DNA of 64,000 nucleotides from NCBI GenBank assembly GCA_964016885.1, contig OZ024740.1:92504001-92568000 (forward strand). Reading direction: 5' to 3'. The position numbers and the translations under genes are program-made. Under the pieces are notes generated by a model, which searched no databases, had not been told where the DNA came from, and worked only from the letters and a program-made list of their open reading frames with translations. The DNA is from Eledone cirrhosa (Eukaryota). This document shows positions 54,658 to 64,000 of this stretch, in pieces; positions within the stretch are counted from its first letter, which is position 1, and each line of letters opens with the position of its first letter.

Positions 54658-57401
54658 GCAAAAAGTTTTATTTAAAGTTGTTGGGTTACAACAAGTAAAT
54701 ATTTTATAACTGATATAAAGCACTCGACAAGTTTTGGAGTAGATATACGATATTAAACAAATGGAAACTATATTTATAAAACCATATTTATTTCATTATA
54801 CATATTTCGGGGATACCATATTAAAAATATGGCATGCCTTCTTCAGATAAAATACAATATATAAACAGTTTATTAATAATTTTGACGTACCATAAATATT
54901 GAGCAACCGTTATGTAAGAAGCCGGGTTGGTAGTGAGATGTTTATAAATATTTAGTGTTAAGCACAGTTAAAAAGAAAGACGGAGAAAAAGAAGAAATGT
55001 ATGTAAAGAATAACAGAGAGAAATAGAGAGAGATAGGGGAGAGAGAAATAGTGAGGAGGTGAAAAAAGAGAGGCAGCTGAAGGCAACATATGAATAATAA
55101 TAATTCATCATACAAATTGAGAGATTTAGGAGGGAGGGAGTACTGTAATTATTTAGTTTTAGTGTTAAGGACAGTTAGGGAGGAGATGGAGAGAAATAAA
55201 AAATGAAGAGAAAACAGAGAGAGAAAGATAGAGGTGGGGGGAAAAAAGAAAGAGGTAGATCAAATAATAATAATTATATAGGGGGAGGTGAAAATCAAGA
55301 GAGAAATAGGAGAGAAATAAGAGAGAAACTTGAGAGGCAAAGTCAGAACAACAGCTACATAGACTTCATCATATATAAAGAGGGAGGAGAAGAAAGAGCT
55401 ATATCTAGAGAGAGGGATGATAGATTTACATCTTTACGTTATGTCCTATCAATTTGAATTATCAATTCATATGAACTGGGTAATATAATGTAAAGATCAA
55501 TATTCATGAATGAGACCTAGATATATAATGTGTGAAAATAATTTTGCTCAATAATGACCATATGTTTAGTTTAAAATTCTGAGGTCGATGTACCAAAAAC
55601 TGAGATAAAACTTTTAAAAAAATACGGAAATATATAAGTATATACATACACATGCATATGCACATTCCAGAAAAGGAAAGAAAGAGAGAAAGAGAAGGTC
55701 ATCTCAAGTTCTAGTTGATATTATAGACATACCCATGATTTTACGTGATCAACTCTGTAATTTCTTGTTTCACAAAAAAAAGAATTTTCCTTGTGTTATA
55801 AAAGATTTCACTATATATATATACATAAAAAATAAACGATTAATATTCTTGCCCTCACATACATGATTGATTATCGTTCATGTATAGAATATTATGCATA
55901 TCTGTAACATATCCAGAACTATACCCACACATACATATAGATATATATGTATGCACACATACGGTACATGGACAGATAAAATATAATCTGTGATCATTCC
56001 ATATGCATATTAATACATATGGCCTTTGTACAGAGACAACCAGATATCAATATATCAGCACAGAAATATCAAAACGTTAAAATATTTTCATCACTCCCTA
56101 GAGTGTCTCGGGCCACAAAAACACAGTATATGCCCCTTATATCAACCACAGAAAACTACCCTTCCAATTTATCTGACAATATATTGCCAAGTTCATTAGA
56201 AACAATCAGAATCAAAATGCAAACAAAACACCAACAATTATCCAACAAAACTCATTCAGCAGAAATCATTTAAAGGATTTAGGAGACCCTGTTGTTCTAC
56301 GGATGCTCTTATATTTAGTATAGAAGTTTATCTTGCGTAAAATGTATTCAATAGATTGGGAGCATCTACATTTTAGAGTAGTTTAATTACATCATTAGTT
56401 TATATTTATGAAGAAGGTTTAAAAGAAAAAGTTGAAGGAATCGAAAGATTTATCGTCAGGTTTCATACATTAATTAAATATCTTAATTAATTATACTACA
56501 TTTTAAATTTATTTATATTTAAACATTGAGTTCAAACTATGTCTGCAGCAACTGAATAAATTGCTCCTTAAATTAAGGGAATTTTTGGATTTTAATATAA
56601 AGAATATCTCCTCCACACAGAGGTCACATGTCTCAGATAAGGAATTAAAAGGAATCCCCCTTGAGACAATATTCCAAAACATCGAATACCCAACGTTATC
56701 ATGATTAAGTTGCCAGAGTAAGCCTGATAGTGAGGTTGAAGATTTTTTGTTTGGATCTGTGAAAGAATTCTTATATATGATGAAGTCTATGTATCTGTTG
56801 TTCTGACTTTGCCTCTCAAGTTTCTCTGTTATTTCTCTCCTATTTCTCTCTTGATTTTCACCTCCCCCTATATAATTATTATTATTTGGTCTACCTCTTT
56901 CTTGTTTCCCCCCACCTCTATCTTTCTCTCTCTGTTTTCTCTTCATTTTTTATTTCTCTCCATCTCCTCCCTAACTGTCCTTAACACTATAACTAAATAA
57001 TTACAGTATTCCCTCCCTCCTAAATCTCTCAATTTGTATGATGAATTATTATTATTCATATGTTGCCTTCAGCTGCGTCTCTTTTTTCACCTCCTCACTA
57101 TTTCTCTCTCCCCTATCTCTCTCTATTTCTCTCTGTTTTTCTTTACATACATTTCTTCTTTTTCTCCGTCTTTCTTTTTAACTGTGCTTAACACTAAATA
57201 TTTATAAACATCTCACTACCAAACCGGCTTTTTGCATAACGGTTGCTCAATATTTATGGTACGTCAAAATTATTTATAAAACTGTTTATATATTGTATTT
57301 TATCTGAAGAAAGCATGCCATATTTTTAATATGGTATCACCGAAATATGTATAATGAAATAAATATGGTTTTATAAATATAGTTTCCATTTGTTTAATAT
57401 C

Positions 57402-57402
<1 letters not shown>
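54658..57402. mobile_element. Family C PLE insertion: minus arm 54658-~56772 (GIY-YIG C-terminus + ~1.8-kb 3' UTR) + inverted arm ~56770-57402
   Basis: 54748-55378 is the near-identical reverse complement of 56770-57402. HHRs at ~54784-54860 (-) and ~57290-57366 (+), each with a 10-bp stem II. The left tail is ~90 nt longer. Confidence 0.88.
56509..56772 (-). pseudogene. PLE GIY-YIG C-terminal remnant
   Basis: NSFTDPNKKSSTSLSGLLWQL...WNIVSRGIPFNSLSETCDLCVEEIFFIL...LNLRSNLFSCCRH. The ORF-track N-terminus comes from the inverted arm. Confidence 0.8.
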
Positions 57403-57453
<51 letters not shown>

Positions 57454-57719
57454 ATAAACTGGGTATCTCAGAAAAAAATGGGGTTGAAGTCAGAAAAATG
57501 ATTTTTATATCCTAATAACAAACTAGAATTGTTCCCCTTTCACATAATCCACAACAAGTATAACACCCTTTTCTCTACTTCTCCACTCCGCCTCCATCTA
57601 CGACTGGATTATTTCTACCATAATTCTCTGAAGCTCCTCTGTCTCGACCCTGCTGATGGCCCCCACGTTAGGAAAACGGATCTCCTTGGACCCCATGACA
57701 CTGTAAAAAAGAAAACAAT

Positions 57720-58470
57720 AGCATACGGCGACAGGTCACTTGCACAGTGGAGTAACTCAAGCATAGCGATTTACTCCGCCAGTAACTGCCGATTACTCAG
57801 CCGGCAGTTGTGAACCGGAGCGTTGTCGTGATGAAACAGACAGCAGTTTCCTGCTACAATACTTCCCCCTTCTCGTGCACTGAACGAACTAATTACGACA
57901 GGATCATGTTGTGGACATCCTGGTTGATCATCTGTCCTTGTAGCAAGACCTCTGTTTCAAGACAATTGATGACGTTCTAAAAACATTTGCATGCAAAGCT
58001 CCCTCTTGTCATCATTCAGCAGCTTCAGATAATCGTCGTGCAGGTTTTTACAAAAATAAAATTAAAATTGCCACATCTATGTTCGATTATTCTTCCTGCA
58101 ATATTTTCTAAATAATGTTAAAATCATACGACATCATTCTAAAAAAAATGTTTCTTCGCGCCAAAAACATCGGTCATAATCTTCGAAATGCTGTCGGTTT
58201 TCATATCCAACTCATCTGCGTTTAGTCGAGCAATTAGTTGAACACGTGTTTTACGCGCTCAACAAATCAACAGACGTACTCTTCGAAAATCTTCGAAAAC
58301 TGGGAGCGATTTGAATGAAAAAACGTCCCATGTTGCTCCTTTTATATCGCTCGCAAACCGAGAACACGCCATTGCCTTATCATCGAATATTTGCTTCAAT
58401 ATTCCGACGGTTCCTGAAAGACGTTTCCCTAGCCGGACCAGAAAGGAGGCTGCTTCTAATTGAAGTCACC
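57720..58470 (-). mobile_element. Highly degenerate Tc1/mariner transposase
   Basis: Minus-strand translation fragments HHDNAPVH (57810-57835), GQMINQ, ADELDMK and LKQIFDDKAM, in mariner order. No TIRs recognised. Confidence 0.7.
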
Positions 58471-58607
58471 TGATGGATCTAGTCATGAACATTCACAATT
58501 TAGAGTTTAATTCTTTCAAATATTTATATGGAACATACCGTAAATCGCTAGATACAAAGATATATGCACTTTATGTGTACAGCTATGACAGATCAAATAA
58601 CTCAATG

Positions 58608-58659
<52 letters not shown>

Positions 58660-61421
58660 CTTCTCATGAAGATAGCTGCCAAAATAATCAAGATGTGTGT
58701 CGAGGCAGTGTTTATTTGAAGCTAGCTGTGAGAGTATATACTCACATATCTTAGCACAACTCCGTTTAGATGTGGGCTCTTATCGAATAGAAACGTGCTA
58801 GTAGAATTCTCCCGGTGTCACGTGGTTGATGTTCTCCAGTAATGTGCTGAAATGCAGCAACGCGAGGAGGCAACATTGACGAACTTCGTCTGCAGTCCTG
58901 ATTATGTTTACGATATTGTAATTCAAAATATCTATGTCTAATCATTTGTAGACTAGGTGGATTAATTTGATGAGGAAAAGAACACTCACACACATACTCT
59001 CTACATTAAAATGAATAATATTTTATCATCAACCTATGATATATGAATGAAAATAGTTTACATTTGTTTCTATTCCACTGGACATAGAGACGTCGGAAAC
59101 GTCAGACTTTGAATTTCAGAGAAATGCATTCCATTTTGCAAATATTGAGTTTTGCGAGCTACTTGACTGCCAGTTCATACGAGTGTGTGCAGGATATATC
59201 AAACTAACAAGTTCTGTGAAGTTGGGACCGTAAAACATTACATCTGCGTTGGTTTTTCATTCTAAATCTTGAGACAATACACAAATGTTTAGTTGACTCC
59301 ACTAAGAGAAGCCGTGTGTCAGGAGACAATCTTAACACATTTGACCAATAAAATATACCCTCAACTTAGGCGTCTGCGTGATTTGAGCCTAGAACGCCAA
59401 GATCCGGTGGAAATACCGGCTGGTACGTTACCCTGTGGCTCGATTATTTCTACCAAACTCCTGTCATGTACTGCTACTAAATGTTATCGATCATCGAAAA
59501 AAAAAGAAAGAAAAGAAAACTTGTCGCCGCCCCCGCTATTTGAAATGACAATTCCCAATACATTAATTCACGTGTACGAAACGGAATTTCTTCTTTAATA
59601 AACGCCGTTTTTTTTATGTCAAAATCTCAGTACACCATATTGCAAATTGCAGAAGGAAGAAGCATTATAATTTATGATATTTGGCTTTTAATATAATATT
59701 TGCATTTTAAATGCAAGCTAAATACACAGTGTCTTTCTTACCTGAATCAATAAAATATACCCAGGGCATTATTCAATGTTAAATAGTAATCTCACAGGAA
59801 AATATAATAATGAGCCAAATGTGACAAATACCGATTAAATGAATATGCTTTAAGCGAATAATATTGTTGGACTCGTTATGTTTTTATTTGTGAGGAATTA
59901 CAATCTAACTCTTTTCATTAAAAGAAATAGAAAAAGTAATTGCCGACAGGCAATGTGAAGTGTGTGAAATATCAGTATAAAAGAATTCACCTGTGCTAAA
60001 TTTTGCTTGAAACTAACACACCTTATTTCATGAAATTTTCCTTGAATTTATTTCAAATACTATTCAGTTCACGAGACAATAGCAAATTAAAGAGTTAGAA
60101 AGTAAAATAGATATTGGTTTTAACAATCGATTATTATATACGCACTTTTAGAAACTGACATTCCTTGACTACATGCGTGAAATAGATATATGTATGAATG
60201 GGTTAGTAGCTACAGTGTAATATTTATCAATGCTCTTTCGGCCTCAATAGAAAAAGCACTTCCGACGTGTATATGCATGACTTGGTGGATCTATCCGCGT
60301 TTCCATCCAAGGCAAAACTCCATTACAATTACTGAATACAATACATGTAGAGTAGCAAATATTAAAGTGCATATTACGCCGTTGGGATAAACACATGTTA
60401 GTTCAACCTATAGAACTGACACAATAATTCAAGGCATATATTGGTTTCCTTAAATGTTCTACGGCACAATCTTTGCTATGTTTGCCTTTATGGCAATAAA
60501 TATATTATCGGTTCGTATTGCATATCATATTGTAAGTTATGAATAAATTATGTTGCAGCATTATATTGCATTAAATAAAATAGTGAATTAGTCACCTCTT
60601 TAAGTTATATGTATATATAGATATGGTGACCCGAGTATATTTATGTTATGAATATGAATAAAGCATGAAGAGTAGGTTTTAAAATATTTAATGAAAGAAC
60701 ATTAAAGACCATCTTCAGACAAAGGACCACAGTATATCCTTGTTTGATTTCGTGTTTAATGATGTAAAACCGCCAGGATTGGACAGATATACCTCACAAA
60801 TTTAATCCCAAGCTAAAGTTGCTACGTATTTGTTTCAGCTGCGTGAATTGCCCATCACAAATTTAAGGACATTGCTCGGTGTCTCAATGCTCCCAATGAT
60901 CCAGGATTCGCATCTGCTAATTTTCGATAAATCCTACAAGACCTGCTTTCTGTAAGTTAGTAAGTAAACCAATTCAATGTTCACAGGTATATATTATAAT
61001 TGCAAAATATATTTAAATCATATGAGATTGAATGCGTTGACTCTGGCTTCTTCATAACACATGAATCGATGTTCCTATTGTAGTGAATTCCTTCAGTTTG
61101 ATATAATATACATTTATTGCACGTAACTTACATTTGAAAAAAAGGCAATATCAGCTTTAGAAGAAGTTAGTGGTTATCTACGTCATAGATATTACATCCT
61201 AATTCTGAATTCAATATGCACTAGAAATAATAATATATTAAATTATTTCAATATAGATGATCCATAAATACACACTCACGCGCACATACACACACTCTCA
61301 CACACCCACATACACCCACACGCACACCCACACACACACACACACACGCACACAAATACACACACGCACATACACACACACGGACCCACACACACACGCA
61401 CACACACCCACACACAAACAG

Positions 61422-61539
<118 letters not shown>

Positions 61540-62449
61540 ATGGTAAATAGTTTTATCTTCAAAAACATGTTCATCCAAATGTTTCGTCATTAGTTGTAAT
61601 GGGTTCCAAATTTGATTAGATCACTGCTGTGTATTAATTGTGATTCCCTGTTATCTTCAGTCTGAACGATTTAAGAATGTATAGATTCGCAATGTATATT
61701 GATATAAATATAATACTATCACATGATACAGAAGTATACGTTAAGTAATGCAAATTGTTGTTTGATTTTCTTTGAAATCAATTGTCACAAACAAGCCACA
61801 ATCCCTTGCGAAATACTTTATCAGAGATTAGACACCTGTAATGTTTTAGTCATAGGATGTGTTTTCTTGCCTTTATTCTTACTTCAAAGCTAGTGTTAGT
61901 AGTAATACGAGACTTTCCTTGTCTAAGAGTGTTTATCAAGTCAATACGTTATCATGTTACTCAACCGATATTCTTATCATTTGCTTTTATTATGTTATGC
62001 ACCATGAAAAGAAATGATATTCTCTTAATCTCTTCCAAGCAATGGATTAACAGAAAAAAATTCTAGACTCTTTGGAGTCTAGGTTAGTTTAACTTATTTT
62101 GAGATAACAACAAAATGAAATGAATTCCAAAAAAAAAACAAATTCTATCAGGGAAATCATATCAAACATATATGTGATTGTGCCCGGGAAAAATCATAAA
62201 TCAAAATACGATAATGTACGGAATATTGCAGCTGCTTTCTTTAGATAACAGAATATTGAAGCATGGATTTCTGGATGATATGTATATTTCTGAGAACCCA
62301 GGATTAGTATAAGTTGCGATGAATTCAATATTAGCCAAATAACTAACCATAGATATGTACACTAACTAAAGGGAATATGTCCAAATATTGCTCACTAGCA
62401 TCAGATTGAACTAAATGCGCATACAATAAGAAAGCACCATTATTACACC

Positions 62450-62560
62450 TGCCGAGGTTAACTTTGCCTTTCATCCTTACGGGGTCGATAAACTAAAGTA
62501 CCAGTAATGCACTGGATACTTGCTGGCCTTGTACCAAACGTAGACACGTAGAAACAATTA
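62450..62560 (+). mobile_element. 5'-truncated SINE
   Basis: 3' half of the SINE consensus. Confidence 0.8.
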
Positions 62561-62858
62561 TTACACAACACAATAACCGCGTTTGATCAATGCAACTGAT
62601 TAGAATATTTACCTTCAACCAACAGATTTCTGTCGTGGTAACGATGGTGGAAATGACATCTGGAGCAGAAATAATTAAATAGTTTTCAAAATCTAGTTCT
62701 TTTCTGAAAATAAATAGGTTACAGGTGCGTTCTTTATTACATTGTCACTCTTCGGAGATCATCCATCAGCTCGTTTAGTTTCACCGTATCATTGGACAAG
62801 GACCACAGATTAGGTGTTAACAATACAATATATATCGAATTTCTCTTTAGTATTTCAA

Positions 62859-63038
62859 GTGGATTGGCACTATCGGTAGAGGGTCGGACGCCATGCTTTC
62901 AAGCATAGTTACGTCCTTTTACGATCTGAGTTCAAATCCCGCCGAGGTTGACTTTGCCTTTCATCCTTACGGGGTCGATAAAATAAAGTACCAGTAATGC
63001 ACTGGGTAATTGCTGGCCTTGTGCCTAAAGTAGAAACA
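62859..63038 (+). mobile_element. tRNA-derived SINE with a 10-bp TSD
   Basis: Close to consensus; agtatttcaa at 62849-62858 and 63039-63048. Confidence 0.9.
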
Positions 63039-63303
63039 AGTATTTCAAATGAAGAAAATATATTTCCCTGCAAATAGTTTGCAGGGAAATATAAAACTTC
63101 AAGCAGAACTCTAACAATTTAGTAGTGGTGTTCATTGGAATTATACCTAATAAACACTTAACACATTTACCCAGTATTTAGTACGTACAGATCCGCAATA
63201 AATAGCAAAATACACTTACTCAGACGCTGAAAATAATCTGCAGTTCCACATACCTGGTAGCACACACATATACATACACAGACGCACGCCTATACATACA
63301 TAC

Positions 63304-63343
<40 letters not shown>

Positions 63344-63361
63344 GACCAACTCATAATATAA

Positions 63362-63806
63362 TCTATATATATAAAGCTGTGGTTGTCTGTCTGTCTATCG
63401 ATTTTTGGCACACATCTCCTCTTAGAATCTCTGACGGAATTGCACCGAAATTTCTATACTTGTACATTGAGCCCTAGCGAAGACATCGGAAACAAAATAT
63501 TTCAAAATTACCCACCCTATGTGACGAAATCGAATCTAATGTATCGATTTTTGAGCGTAAGTGACGAGTTATTTCCCTTTGTTCTATATATATAAAGCTG
63601 TGGTTGTGTCTGTCTATCGATTTTTGGCACACATCTCCTCTTAGAATCTCTGACGGGATTGCACCGAAAATTGCTATACTTGTACATTGAGCCCTAGCGA
63701 AGACATCGGAAAAATAATATTTCAAATTGACCCACCCTATGTGACGAAATCGAATCTAATGTATCGATTTTTGAGCGTAAGTGACGAGTTATTTTCCTTT
63801 GTTCTG
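63362..63806 (+). mobile_element. Tandemly duplicated (221-bp) Helitron-like 5' terminus
   Basis: Each unit starts TCTATATATATAAAG followed by (gtct)n, as in non-autonomous animal Helitrons. No 3' CTAG end is seen in the window. Confidence 0.55.
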
Positions 63807-64000
63807 TTTACATTGAGCGTCTTACGCTGGCTTTCTCAGCGTTTAAAATGACATTAACACAATACACGAACAGTTGTCGAGCCAGCAAAATTTTGACCTG
63901 CAAAATTCATCAGTTCGAACACTAAGCTTCGTTTTGCTTCATTTCCATTTATAAGCCTTTTAAAACAATATTTTTACTTGAAAACAAGTCTATTTAAAAA

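Overview
AT-rich eukaryotic (metazoan) genomic DNA with no recognisable host exon. The tRNA-derived SINE resembles octopod SINEs, so an octopus-like cephalopod is inferred. The window is dominated by (TA)n microsatellites that host insertions of Penelope-like retroelements (PLEs; RT + GIY-YIG) and their non-coding derivatives from roughly a dozen families. About 15 insertions share one geometry: two copies of the element 3' end in inverted orientation pointing outward into (TA)n. Where both ends can be compared, one arm carries a 40-95 nt longer tail. About 12 distinct minimal type-I hammerhead ribozyme (HHR) families can be read by eye, including core variants (UUGAAAA, CCGAAGA, CUGAGAA, CUGAA(U/A)GA). 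A ~420-bp tandem satellite at 15.3-18.2 kb carries one HHR per unit and looks like a retrozyme (candidate circular-RNA producer) inserted with the same inverted geometry. Also present: about 14 SINE copies, a degenerate L1/Tx1-type LINE fragment, a degenerate mariner transposase and a duplicated Helitron-like 5' end. Most ORFs in the supplied track are microsatellite artefacts. All structures were read manually, so boundaries are approximate (about +/-10 nt) and none was checked computationally.
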